From: Negativicutes bacterium
Lineage (GTDB): Bacteria; Bacillota; Negativicutes; UBA1444
Assembly: GCA_963665275.2 (NCBI GenBank)
Contig: CAXXIN010000013.1
Location: 224,001-288,000, forward strand
Length of the DNA: 64,000 bases
Direction of reading: 5' to 3'
Positions 50,116-60,372 of the stretch are shown here, piece by piece. Numbering within the stretch: the first letter of the stretch is position 1; each line of letters begins with the position of its first letter. The notes below the pieces were generated by a model. It had not been told where the DNA came from. It ran no database searches and was given only the letters and a program-made list of their open reading frames with translations. The position numbers and the translations under genes were made by a program.

Positions 50116-50345
50116 AGTCTTATTCACTGGTTGCCAAAAACGCGAAAGCGCTTTGTTTACAGGATATTTAAATTATTTAGCGAACCATTTTACTGCATTC
50201 AAAAACAAAATCGGCGTGCAATTTGCAATATTGCCAATTGCATTAATACCAACCTGCAGTAATATGCAAGAAAACCTGACCATAAAAAAGAACACTGCCC
50301 CCAAGCAGTGTTCGTCATTCATCCTTACGCGTGATTCAACCTTCT

Positions 50346-52082
50346 TTAGACGGCAGGAATCCCTTTCGTTTTGCGGTTGCGCTTGCGTATCAGCGTGGTT
50401 ACATCGACGCCGAGACTGCGGGATGCTTCTTTCAACGAACCGCATTCTTCCACGGCCTCTTCGATGATCTCTTCTTCTACCGCCTGCACCAAGTCTTTCA
50501 GTGATGCGGTCGGATGCCAGAGTCGCTTCTTGTCTTTGACCTGCGCCTTCCGCTCCCCCACGGTCTCAATGATCTTGAGCAAATCCGAATTCGCGGCAAC
50601 TTCAGCCAAGTGCCGAAGTTCGATCACCGGTGAGTCCACGATCACAACGATCCGTTCAATCACATTCATCACTTCTCGTATGTTACCGGGCCATTTGTAT
50701 TTCAGCAAAATATCAATAGCTTCCGGTGCGATGGTCTTATTTCGTTTATATCGTTGATTCGATTTTTCCAGATAATGCGTGATTAGCGGCAGCAAATCAT
50801 CCCGTCGTTCCGAGAGCGGCGGAATCCGCACCGGAATAACATTCAGCCGATAAAACAGGTCTTGGCGGAATAAGCCTTTGGCAATCAGTTGCTCCAGATT
50901 GGTATTAGTCGCTGCAATAATGCGAACATCAACCGCCACCTCTTTGGTCCCGCCAACGCGATAGAAGCTGCGTTCCTGCAGCACATTCAATATTTTTGCC
51001 TGCAAGGGCAGCGGCATATCGCCAATCTCATCGAGGAACAACGTGCCTTTATTGGCCAGTTCGAACATGCCGGCCTTGAACTTCTTCGCGCCGGTGAACG
51101 AACCTTCTTCATAGCCGAACAACTCGGATTCCAACAGGGATTCAGGTATCGCACTGCAATTGACATGGATAAAATTGCCGGTGTGTTGCCTTTCACTCGC
51201 CGCATGAACAAACTTGGCCATGGCAGTTTTTCCGACGCCGGATTCACCGGTAATCAAGAGCTGCAGATCCGTATCCGCCACTTTCATGATCAGCTCGTAC
51301 AGGGTCTCCATCACACGGCTGCGTACCAGGGCGCGATTCGCATCCGAACTGGCGATCTGCATCGCTTTCAGTTCCCGTTGGTAGCCTTTGGCGATCCCTT
51401 TGATATTGTTCAGTTTTTCATGCAGCCCGTTCAGCTCCGAAATATCCCGTACATTGGAAATCACCCGAATGATCCGTCCCGCCTCATCAAACAGCGGCGT
51501 GCTGGAAACGATCGCGTCCTTGCCCTGAAAATACTTGACGGCAGCGCTGACCGACTGACGTTGCTCCACCGCATGCACTGTACAGGAATAGGGCAGGATT
51601 TCCTCATTCACGAGTTCCTGCAGATTACGTCCCACCATTACCTCGCGCGTCAGCCCTGAAATATGAATGAATGCCTCGTTGATGGCCAGAACCTTGCAAT
51701 GTCCATCGGCAACCAGCATTCCGTCATAGGAAGTATCAATGAAGCGCTGCACCCCGATGATCGCATCAGCCGCCTCGCACCACAGATGATCCAGATCCTG
51801 GTATTCATAATAATTTCTAAAATAAATATGAAAGCCGGAGCCCGGGCTTTTGTCCGCAATCACATCCAACAGGTATTTTTCCGAAATGGAAGTCTTGACG
51901 ATGCGGGACGACAATTCGTGACGAAACCAGCTTTTTCGCAGCCACGGCAATGCGGTCGCGACCGGGCTTCCAATCGTCAAGGCATCCCCCAATAGAACGC
52001 CGGCGCGTTCGTTTGCCGCTAAAATAATCCCGGCCGCATCAATTTGTAAGTACGCCCAATGTTGGCAACGACCTTCTGCCAT
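50346..52082 (-). CDS. PAS-domain sigma54-dependent activator (Fis family)
   Basis: PAS (SYDG..V.D, N.AF..ISG), [29 protein letters not shown] and HTH. Confidence 0.9.
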   Translation of the reverse strand: MAEGRCQHWAYLQIDAAGIILAANERAGVLLGDALTIGSPVATALPWLRKSWFRHELSSRIVKTSISEKYLLDVIADKSPGSGFHIYFRNYYEYQDLDHLWCEAADAIIGVQRFIDTSYDGMLVADGHCKVLAINEAFIHISGLTREVMVGRNLQELVNEEILPYSCTVHAVEQRQSVSAAVKYFQGKDAIVSSTPLFDEAGRIIRVISNVRDISELNGLHEKLNNIKGIAKGYQRELKAMQIASSDANRALVRSRVMETLYELIMKVADTDLQLLITGESGVGKTAMAKFVHAASERQHTGNFIHVNCSAIPESLLESELFGYEEGSFTGAKKFKAGMFELANKGTLFLDEIGDMPLPLQAKILNVLQERSFYRVGGTKEVAVDVRIIAATNTNLEQLIAKGLFRQDLFYRLNVIPVRIPPLSERRDDLLPLITHYLEKSNQRYKRNKTIAPEAIDILLKYKWPGNIREVMNVIERIVVIVDSPVIELRHLAEVAANSDLLKIIETVGERKAQVKDKKRLWHPTASLKDLVQAVEEEIIEEAVEECGSLKEASRSLGVDVTTLIRKRNRKTKGIPAV

Positions 52083-52198
52083 TCGAATTCCTCCGCAGTA
52101 CATATTTATATTAGTGAAATTTATCACAAACTTATCTAATATATAATTCGACACAAAAAAACAAAACCCTGCTGACTAAATAGCCGGCCTTGCACTTC

Positions 52199-52429
52199 CT
52201 ATTTTGTGACGAACTCCAGAATCTCACTGATGGCGATGGAGACTTCTCCCGGCCAGTGAATCGATTTCCCGTCAGTGGTCGCCGCCGCAAACACCGCTTC
52301 TTTTTTGAGCCCTGAGAATCGGATCGTATGCAGCTTTCCGTTCATATCGAGAGTCACCGAATGATGGTTGTCAAAATGAACCGTAATACAATGTTCAGCC
52401 CCAGGAGTTACGCTTACAATTCTCATCAC
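52199..52429 (-). CDS. DUF2442-like small protein
   Basis: RI.SV.P....I.V.FDN..S..LD...KL...RF..L.....F....TDG..I.W; AAAGGA RBS. Confidence 0.75.
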   Translation of the reverse strand: MMRIVSVTPGAEHCITVHFDNHHSVTLDMNGKLHTIRFSGLKKEAVFAAATTDGKSIHWPGEVSIAISEILEFVTK

Positions 52430-52514
52430 AAAATATCCTTTCGCTAATAGATTGTTTGAAAAGAGGATTCATGTTCATCATATGTTGAATCAGCTATTTG
52501 TGATATTATCCACG

Positions 52515-55043
52515 CTAATAAATTTTGCGCGTATTATCAGGCATTTTTTGTTCAATGATTAGCCTCGCCAATACGCTCCTGCTGCTAATGCCCATTTTGG
52601 CAAAAATGTTCTGCAGGGTCTTTTTCACAGTCGCCTCTTCGATCAGAAGCCTTGCTGCGATCGTTTGATTCGGCAAACCGGCGGCGACCAGACTGGAAAC
52701 TTCCATCTCTCTCTCGGAAAGGCTGGCCAACTTGCCAAAAGTCCTCGTTTCACCTTGCATCGCTGCGATCTTCCCGGCGTACGCAGCATAAAAAGTTGCA
52801 ATCCTGTCGATAAATCCGGCATGCCGTCCTCTTTGCCCCAGCGTCTGCAGGATGGGAAAGACATACTCCCCGTTTTCGACGAAAGGCATGATCAGTTGGT
52901 CGGGCGCCGCGATATCAAGAGCCCGTTTCAGTGAAGTATGGGCTTCTGCGAACTGTTCCAGTTGATACTGCGCCGCCGCTGCATAAATATTGATATACAC
53001 TTGCCCCTGCATATTATGAGCAGCTGTTGCTATTGCGGTGAATGGACCGATCCGCTCGAGGAGTTTCCGGTAATGACCACCCAACAATAGCGCTTTGCCT
53101 TGGACAATATTAAAAAAAGTGTGCGTCGTTGCGTAGAGGACGCTGGACTTGGCTTCTCCTTGCGCAATCCATGCGGGAATTTTTCCTGTCTGGTTCAGGC
53201 ACGCATAAATAAAGCCCTCGCACAAATCGACGGTGTAATTATAGGAATATAATTTCTGCCGCTTGAGTTCTTCCCGCGTTTGCGCCAGAGTGCTTTGCAT
53301 GACCGCCAAGTCTCCTCTTACGAGCGCCAATCGCATCTGAAGAAATACCACACATAGCACGATGGCTGTCTGCTCCCGTGACTGCGCCGCATGCAGCGCT
53401 TCATACGCTGTGATTTCCGCTTTTTCGAAATCACCAATCACGTAATAGCGTTCCGCCTGCATCACCAGTTCCGCTCCAAAACCGTGGCCGCCGGTTAGAC
53501 GATAATAGTGCGGCATGGCTTGCGCCATTTCCACGACTTCCTTCTCCAGCTGTCCGCTCTCGCGATAATACATGTACAAAACCGAGGGCGCGCCGAAGGT
53601 CCACGGGGCGCGGTTGCTGATGAACTTTGACGGTCCCTGTAACAATCGGGCAGCTTGCTGGTGATGCCTAGTCATCCCTGCTATGCAATTAAACTGGGTG
53701 AAACTGAGCAGTATTTCGAGTTCTCCCGCCAGCTGCTGTTTCGTCCGTTGTTCATCTTCCTCCATCAGTGCAATATAGCCGCCAATTTCAGCACATTGTC
53801 CGGAAAACAACTCCATTTCGTTAAACACAAACAGATACATCGCATATACCAGGCAAGCCCAGGGGTGGGTACGTCTGATTCGCGAGGGGCAATCATGGAA
53901 ATAGCGGATCATCCTGTCTTTATGTTCGTTTTTTATGCTGTGCCCCTTATCCTCTTCCATGATCATAAGCAACCTGTCATAATCAGCCGCCTGGAAAAAA
54001 CAATCAATAGCATGGATATAGTCGCGGCTCCTTGCATACCATTCCCCGGCCAGCCGCCAGACAGCTTGCTGCCGTTCCCGTTCTTGAAGTCCCAGGAGTT
54101 CCCGCAGGTACGTCGTGAAAATATTATGCATTTGATAGGTTTTTTTGCTGCCATCATATTGAATCAGAGCATTATTTTCGACAAGTTCGTCCAAAATCGC
54201 TGCGGCATCCTCGCCTTGCCACATTGCCTGGGCCTGGGCCAAAGTAAATCTGTCGAACACGCTGACTGTTAATAGAAAATCTTTCACTACGGCTGTGCAC
54301 TGCCGATAGACAACTTTCTCGATCAGCTCATGCAGACTGGCTTGGCGGTCAACCCGACCCTCCCGCGCAAAACTCAGCATGCTCAGATACAGCGCACTGA
54401 TCCAGCCTTCGGTATAGGCATGTAGCTGGGCAGCTTCATCCGTTGTGATACGCAGACCGCACAATTTGTAATACTCCATAATTTCAGCTTGCGTGAATTC
54501 AAACTGTTTTTTGCCAATAACGATGCAGTAGCCTTTGAGTGCGAGCTCTGTCGTGTTTTCGCCAAACCGCGCTCTCGATATGATAACAATATGAAACCCT
54601 GGCGACGCGTTTTTGACAACAAGTTCAATAAATTGCTCGATGGTATCGGACGACAGTAAATGGTAATCATCCAGCACCAAAACCGACTTTTCCGGCCACA
54701 CCACATTTTTGACCAGTTCAACTGCGGATGCCATGAGTTGGCTGTCGCACGGACTTTCCAGCTCACTCAACCCTTCTGCGCATCGTGGAGCTATGTGCTT
54801 GAACAACTGGCTAAAATTCCGCCAAAATTCGCTCGCGGAATCACTAGCTACTGTGTGCCACAAAAGGTTCGCCTGACACTCGGTTAGATATTCTCTCACG
54901 GCTGTAGTTTTACCATATCCCAGAGGCGCTTCCACAACAGTCAGCGGATATTCCCAAATCTGCTTCAGAATTTGCCGAACGGGAACACGCATATACAAAG
55001 CCGCAGGATTGAATCGGTATGCTGAATTTTCCCGACGACGCAT
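52515..55043 (-). CDS. MalT-like ATP-dependent LuxR regulator, copy 1
   Basis: VEAPLGYGKTT, VLDDYH, TEGWISALYL, helical repeats and LSERE...GL.NQ.IA..L.I...TVK HTH. Confidence 0.9.
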   Translation of the reverse strand: MRRRENSAYRFNPAALYMRVPVRQILKQIWEYPLTVVEAPLGYGKTTAVREYLTECQANLLWHTVASDSASEFWRNFSQLFKHIAPRCAEGLSELESPCDSQLMASAVELVKNVVWPEKSVLVLDDYHLLSSDTIEQFIELVVKNASPGFHIVIISRARFGENTTELALKGYCIVIGKKQFEFTQAEIMEYYKLCGLRITTDEAAQLHAYTEGWISALYLSMLSFAREGRVDRQASLHELIEKVVYRQCTAVVKDFLLTVSVFDRFTLAQAQAMWQGEDAAAILDELVENNALIQYDGSKKTYQMHNIFTTYLRELLGLQERERQQAVWRLAGEWYARSRDYIHAIDCFFQAADYDRLLMIMEEDKGHSIKNEHKDRMIRYFHDCPSRIRRTHPWACLVYAMYLFVFNEMELFSGQCAEIGGYIALMEEDEQRTKQQLAGELEILLSFTQFNCIAGMTRHHQQAARLLQGPSKFISNRAPWTFGAPSVLYMYYRESGQLEKEVVEMAQAMPHYYRLTGGHGFGAELVMQAERYYVIGDFEKAEITAYEALHAAQSREQTAIVLCVVFLQMRLALVRGDLAVMQSTLAQTREELKRQKLYSYNYTVDLCEGFIYACLNQTGKIPAWIAQGEAKSSVLYATTHTFFNIVQGKALLLGGHYRKLLERIGPFTAIATAAHNMQGQVYINIYAAAAQYQLEQFAEAHTSLKRALDIAAPDQLIMPFVENGEYVFPILQTLGQRGRHAGFIDRIATFYAAYAGKIAAMQGETRTFGKLASLSEREMEVSSLVAAGLPNQTIAARLLIEEATVKKTLQNIFAKMGISSRSVLARLIIEQKMPDNTRKIY

Positions 55044-55089
55044 ATTTCGCCTCCCTTTTTTATAAAGAATCAGTCCGCGGCAAATCAGC

Positions 55090-56379
55090 TCAGTCCGGCC
55101 AATATCCTGCCATAAATTCCAAAAACCGATCCGTCAAGGCCGGATCAAACTGTGACCCTTTCCCTGCGGCGATTTCGTTCAATGCTTCCTGTTGCGTCTT
55201 GACCGTGCCGTAAGGACGCTCGTGCGTCAGAACGTCATAGACGTCAACCAATGCAAACATCCGGGCCAAAAAAGGGATCTGTTCCCCAGCTGCCTTGGCG
55301 GGATATCCGGTTCCATCCCAGCGTTCATGAATTGCCAATACCACCTCGGCCAGTTTGGGTTCACCAATGGCTTGCGCCATTCGATAGCCAATTTCGCCGT
55401 GCCGTTGAACGATCTCCCACTCATCTGCCGAAAGCGGATCGCGTTTGCCCAGTATTTCACCAGAAATCGCAACTTTGCCAATATCATGCAAGGCAGCCAA
55501 CTGCTTCAGCAATTTCACCTCCGCCGGTGCAGAAGCCATTCCCAGAAAAGCAGCGAATGCGATGGCCCAATCTTGAATCCGCTCACTATGCCCCGGATTT
55601 TCGAAACACCAGTGATGCAGCTTATGTTCCATATCGGCGATGAGATTCACCCTGACATCTCGGCTTTGCGCCAATTTGTCGCTATACATGCGGTTTTCGG
55701 CGACAACGAACAGCTTCGCAATCCCTTTGCCGCTTTCGCTGGTGGCAGCGCCAATCGCCGCACTCAAACGGACAGAAAGATTGCCCTCCTGTTCGCACGC
55801 TTCACGAATTCGCTTGCATACTTGTTCGCAGGCTATGCTGCCGGTTTGCGGCAACAAAACCAGGAATTCATCACCGCCCCAACGCGCGATGATATCGGTT
55901 TGCCGGCATACCTTTAGCAGAACCTGCCCCATGGCGGCCAACAGGCGGTCGCCCTGCACATGTCCGAACACGTCATTGGTAAGTTTAAGTCCATTCATAT
56001 CAATCATAATCAAACTCAACACAGTTTTATTGGTCTGTTCCAGCTCGAATATGATTTTTTCGATATATGCGCGATTATACAGGGATGTCAATTGATCGTG
56101 ATAGCCGATGTAATTAATTTCCGCCTCGGTTTGACGCTTTTCGACGAGGTCATGCAAGATGATTCTGGGCAGTTCCGACTCGCTCATTTTGCTGGAACGC
56201 GAAGCAAACTGGATGACCTTGCAGCCGGAGGGTCTTTGAGAATCTCCAGCTACAGCTTCCTGTTGCGTGTAGACAGCTCCTCTCAACGCACCTTTCAGAT
56301 CTACCGTCAGCGAGTAATTATTATCAAAATACACCGTAATACAAGACTCAGACTCGGGAACGACTTGCAAGATTTTCAT
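55090..56379 (-). CDS. GGDEF + HD-GYP c-di-GMP enzyme with a DUF2442-derived N-terminus
   Basis: HD.LT.LYNR, RQTD I-site, RWGGDEF, HDIGK and HERWDGTGYP; first ~33 aa align with the 52199-52429 protein. Confidence 0.9.
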   Translation of the reverse strand: MKILQVVPESESCITVYFDNNYSLTVDLKGALRGAVYTQQEAVAGDSQRPSGCKVIQFASRSSKMSESELPRIILHDLVEKRQTEAEINYIGYHDQLTSLYNRAYIEKIIFELEQTNKTVLSLIMIDMNGLKLTNDVFGHVQGDRLLAAMGQVLLKVCRQTDIIARWGGDEFLVLLPQTGSIACEQVCKRIREACEQEGNLSVRLSAAIGAATSESGKGIAKLFVVAENRMYSDKLAQSRDVRVNLIADMEHKLHHWCFENPGHSERIQDWAIAFAAFLGMASAPAEVKLLKQLAALHDIGKVAISGEILGKRDPLSADEWEIVQRHGEIGYRMAQAIGEPKLAEVVLAIHERWDGTGYPAKAAGEQIPFLARMFALVDVYDVLTHERPYGTVKTQQEALNEIAAGKGSQFDPALTDRFLEFMAGYWPD

Positions 56380-56514
56380 TGATCCATCCCTTTCGTCAAA
56401 AACTTGTCCAAGTTACACTCAAATAAATATCCTGTCGGGATAAAACAAAAAACTACTTCACCTTTATCATAAAGTGAAATAGTTTTTTGTGATATTATCC
56501 AAAAGTATAATTTA

Positions 56515-59001
56515 TTATTTCTTTACCCACTTTCGTTCCAATACCATCCGCATCAGCTCCGTTCTACGGGTGATGCCAAGTTTGGCGTAGATGTTCTGCA
56601 AAGTTTTTTTAACCGTCGTCACTCCGATATACAACCTTGCCGCAATGCCCTGATTCAGCAGGCCGTTTGCCACGAGTTCGGCGATTTCAAGTTCCCGCGC
56701 TGAAAGGCGGGACAGCGGAGCATCCTGCTCTTCGGCAGTTCTCATGATGGCTACGTTTTTCGCATAGGCGGCGTAGGCCGTTCTGATGCGATCAATAAAT
56801 TTCGTGTGTTGATCGTCTATGTCGAGCGGTGCGAGGAGCTCTTGAATATATTCTCCGTTTTCGACAAACGGCATGAGCAGTTGATCCGGCGCCGCGATAT
56901 CGAGCGCCTTTTTGAGAGATTCTTGCGCTTCCTCCAAGTGCTGTAGCCGGTATCTCGCCACCGCCACATAGATATGAGTATAGACCTGCCCCAGCAGATT
57001 CGGGAAAACACCCGCAATATCATTGAAATGTCCAGCCAAACCGAGCAATTTCATATATTGCCCGCTGATCAACAACGCCTTGCCATAGATTATATTAAAG
57101 TACGCATGGCTGGGAAAATGCAGTCGACTTTCATGTAAATTGCCGGCGGCAATCCATGCAGGGATTTTTTCCTGTATGTTTAGTTGCGCATAAATCTGGG
57201 CTTCGCACATATCGACAGTATGAACAACCTGATACTGTCCATACGCCTCAATCTCCGAACGCATTTGTCGCAAAAAATTTTGCACCGCCGGCAACTCTCC
57301 CCTGACAAACGCCAGCCGGGTTTGCAGAAACAATGCGCATAATAGGATGGAAATCTGGCGGTGAGAACGAGCTGGCTCCATTGCCTCAGAAATCCCCAAG
57401 TCGGCTTGTTCAAATTCTCCCCGATAAAAATGCCACTCGGCCTGCATCACATATTCGGCGCCGGCGCCGTGGCCGGAAGTGATCTGGCCGTAAAGGGGCA
57501 TAAACGCAAGCAGATCCTTGACTTCCTGCGCAACCCGTCCGCTTTTTCGGTAATACATATAGAGAATGGAGGGCGAGCCAAAAGTCCAGAAACTCTTATT
57601 GTCAAAAAGCCTGGTGGGTCCGTCAAGCAATTCGTAGGCTTTTCGCTGATGTCCAGCCATCCCCTCGATATCGTTGTATCTGGCAAAGCTCTTGATCAGT
57701 TCAAGTTCTCCCAACAGCTGATTGCGGGTTTTCACATCGTGAATCTCGTTGATATAGTCCCCGACCTCCTGGCATTGGGCAGTATACAGCGCTCTTTCAT
57801 TAAACGAGAACATCTTGCGCGCAAAAGTCAGACCTGCGATTGGATGCTTTCGTTTAATCTCCACCGGACATTTAATGAAATACCCCTTTAACATTTCTTT
57901 TCGCTCCATGTAAATACTATTGGCATTGTCCAGTTCCAGAGCCGTGAATAGTTCGTCAAAATCCCCGACAGCTTCAAAACAGTCCATGGCATTGAGATAG
58001 TCCCCGATTTTGATATACCAGGCTGCCGCCAGCCGCAATACCGCGTGCTTTTTCGGAGTCCCTTGCCGCTCCAGCAACTCCCTCAGGTAAGCGGTCAATA
58101 TATTGTGCATATGATAGGTTTGGCTGTAACTGTCATATTTGATAAAGGCATTGTTGGCCATCAGGTATTTTAGAGCCGCTTCGACCTTTTCCGCGCTCCA
58201 CATCTCTTTGGCCTGAGCTAGGGAAAAGTTGTCAAAAACGCAAAGCGTCAGTAGAAATTCTTTCACTTCCGGCGGGCACTGACGGTAGACAACTTTTTCG
58301 AGCAACTCTTGCAAGCTGGCCTGTTGCTCGACCCGACCCTCTCGCAAAAAGCTTAGCATGCTGAGATATAGTGCGCTAATCCAACCCTCGGTATATTCAT
58401 AAAGAGCAGCGGCTTCACTTGCTTTCAGACGAATCCCGCACAGTTTGTAATATTCGCCAATCTCCTCTTGCGTGAGTTCAAAAGAGCTTTTATCGATCGC
58501 ATGGCAGTAGGCTTTATGCTCTGTTCCCATTGTAGTTTCGCCAAACATGGCGCGGGATATGATGACGAGGTGGAGATTGGGAGGCAGGTTTCTGGCCAAT
58601 AGCTCAATGAAGCGGTCCAGCTTCGCTTCGCTCAGCAAGTGGTAATCATCGAGAACTACGACAGATCGATCAGGAAATTCAATCCCATGGATGAGCCGCA
58701 GAGCCGTTTCCGCATAGAGGCTGTTATCCGGCGCACCCAGGCCCATCAGGCCCGCGGCGGATTTGGCATCTATCCGACTGAACAAGCGGCTGAACTCCTG
58801 CCAAAACGAGGTCACCGAGTCATTCGCTATGGTTTGCCAATAGACATTCGCGCCTGAATCCGACAAATATTCTTTCACAGCGGTCGTTTTGCCGTAGCCC
58901 ATCGGTGCTTCCACAAGCGTCAACGGATAATTCCAAATTCCATTCAGCTCCTGCTGGATTGAAGTGCGCATGTACAGGGCCGCGGGGTTATATCGAGACA
59001 C
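56515..59001 (-). CDS. MalT-like ATP-dependent LuxR regulator, copy 2
   Basis: Paralog of 52515-55043 (NPAALYMR, VEAPMGYGKTTAV, TEGWISALYLSMLSF.REGRV); GGAGG RBS and GTG start. Confidence 0.9.
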   Translation of the reverse strand: MSRYNPAALYMRTSIQQELNGIWNYPLTLVEAPMGYGKTTAVKEYLSDSGANVYWQTIANDSVTSFWQEFSRLFSRIDAKSAAGLMGLGAPDNSLYAETALRLIHGIEFPDRSVVVLDDYHLLSEAKLDRFIELLARNLPPNLHLVIISRAMFGETTMGTEHKAYCHAIDKSSFELTQEEIGEYYKLCGIRLKASEAAALYEYTEGWISALYLSMLSFLREGRVEQQASLQELLEKVVYRQCPPEVKEFLLTLCVFDNFSLAQAKEMWSAEKVEAALKYLMANNAFIKYDSYSQTYHMHNILTAYLRELLERQGTPKKHAVLRLAAAWYIKIGDYLNAMDCFEAVGDFDELFTALELDNANSIYMERKEMLKGYFIKCPVEIKRKHPIAGLTFARKMFSFNERALYTAQCQEVGDYINEIHDVKTRNQLLGELELIKSFARYNDIEGMAGHQRKAYELLDGPTRLFDNKSFWTFGSPSILYMYYRKSGRVAQEVKDLLAFMPLYGQITSGHGAGAEYVMQAEWHFYRGEFEQADLGISEAMEPARSHRQISILLCALFLQTRLAFVRGELPAVQNFLRQMRSEIEAYGQYQVVHTVDMCEAQIYAQLNIQEKIPAWIAAGNLHESRLHFPSHAYFNIIYGKALLISGQYMKLLGLAGHFNDIAGVFPNLLGQVYTHIYVAVARYRLQHLEEAQESLKKALDIAAPDQLLMPFVENGEYIQELLAPLDIDDQHTKFIDRIRTAYAAYAKNVAIMRTAEEQDAPLSRLSARELEIAELVANGLLNQGIAARLYIGVTTVKKTLQNIYAKLGITRRTELMRMVLERKWVKK

Positions 59002-59179
59002 GGGAACACCTCCAGGCAATACCGATTCCTTCCCTCATTATATTCCGATTTTGTTTCGATTTCATTTGCTGACAAAATATTTATGCAAAACAATCACTCC
59101 TAGGACCAGGGGAAGGAATATTCACCGTCAACCAAGAAACTCTAGGAAACATTTCACATAATACTAAGGGGGCCACATT

Positions 59180-60250
59180 ATGGGCAATTATGTTGATATT
59201 AAGAGGGAAGACTATCAGTGTGTAATCAATGGCAAACAGGTGGACCTTTACATCCTGCGGAACAAGAATGGCATGGTCGCCAAAATCACCAACTACGCGG
59301 GAAAACTGGTCCAATTGTTGGTTCCGGACCGGAATGGAACAATGGGCGACGTGTTGCTTGGCTACGAGACCCTTGCGCAGGCAATACAGGGTCAGGTATC
59401 CATGGGTTCAGCCATCGGCCGTTTTGCCAATCGGATCCGCAAGGGAAAATTCACCTTGAATGGGGCGGAATATCAGCTTACCATCAACAATGGCCCCAAT
59501 CATCTCCATGGTGGGACCAAAGGTTCACGTTTTGTGGTATTTGATGCCCTGCAAATCGATGACAATACATTGCAACTGAACTATTGTTTTAAAGACGGCG
59601 AAGAAGGTTATCCGGGCAATTGCAGCTTGAAATTGATCTACACATTGACTGATAACAACGAGTTTGTTATTTCATATGAAGCAAAAACCGAAAAACCGAC
59701 CATCGTCAATTTTACGAACCACGCTTTTTGGAATCTGGCCGGGGAAGGATGCGGCGATATTTTAAACCATATTCTTACGCTCAACGCCGACGCTTTTACA
59801 CCAGTGGACGATACATTGATCGCTACTGGAGAAATCCGTCCTGTGGCTGGAACTCCGCTTGATTTCACCTCGCCACATGCAATGGGCGCTAGGATCAATA
59901 GTGATTATGAGCAGATGCAATATGGGCAGGGTTATGATTTCAATTGGGTCCTCAACAAGGGCGCTGCCCAAGAAATGAGTTTTGCCGCCAGGGTATGCGA
60001 GAAAACTTCTGGAAGAGTCATGGAAGTCTACACCACTGAGCCGGGTATGCAATTTTATTCCGGCAATTTCCTTACCGGGAAAACGCCGACAGATATCGGC
60101 AAAGGCGGCAAACCATACGTCCACCGAAGTGGATTCTGTTTAGAAACGCAACATTTCCCGGATTCTCCGAACAAACCGCAGTTCCCTACCACTGTTTTAA
60201 ATCCTGGCGAAGGGTTTTCAAGCACCTCGATTTATAAATTTTCCATATGA
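59180..60250 (+). CDS. galM: aldose 1-epimerase (galactose mutarotase)
   Basis: GRFANRI, NHLHGG, DGEEGYPG, N.TNH..WNL, G.D.N.VL and FCLETQHFPD. Confidence 0.93.
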   Translation: MGNYVDIKREDYQCVINGKQVDLYILRNKNGMVAKITNYAGKLVQLLVPDRNGTMGDVLLGYETLAQAIQGQVSMGSAIGRFANRIRKGKFTLNGAEYQLTINNGPNHLHGGTKGSRFVVFDALQIDDNTLQLNYCFKDGEEGYPGNCSLKLIYTLTDNNEFVISYEAKTEKPTIVNFTNHAFWNLAGEGCGDILNHILTLNADAFTPVDDTLIATGEIRPVAGTPLDFTSPHAMGARINSDYEQMQYGQGYDFNWVLNKGAAQEMSFAARVCEKTSGRVMEVYTTEPGMQFYSGNFLTGKTPTDIGKGGKPYVHRSGFCLETQHFPDSPNKPQFPTTVLNPGEGFSSTSIYKFSI

Positions 60251-60312
60251 CCTTCGCCAGCAGTAAGTTCGTCGACAAAAAGCCAGGTAGGACGCTTCAT
60301 TTTTTACAAGCC

Positions 60313-60368
60313 CGAAAATGGATCAAGGCTCTTCGAATAATTATTCGAAGAGCCTTGATCCATTTTCG
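60313..60368. repeat. perfect 56-bp palindrome, probably a bidirectional terminator
   Basis: CGAAAATGGATCAAGGCTCTTCGAATAA|TTATTCGAAGAGCCTTGATCCATTTTCG between convergent genes. Confidence 0.85.
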
Positions 60369-60372
60369 CCGC

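Noticed and set aside
60313-60368. Protelomerase telRL-like site
   Set aside because: Only the length is reminiscent; there is no protelomerase or phage context and the position fits a terminator
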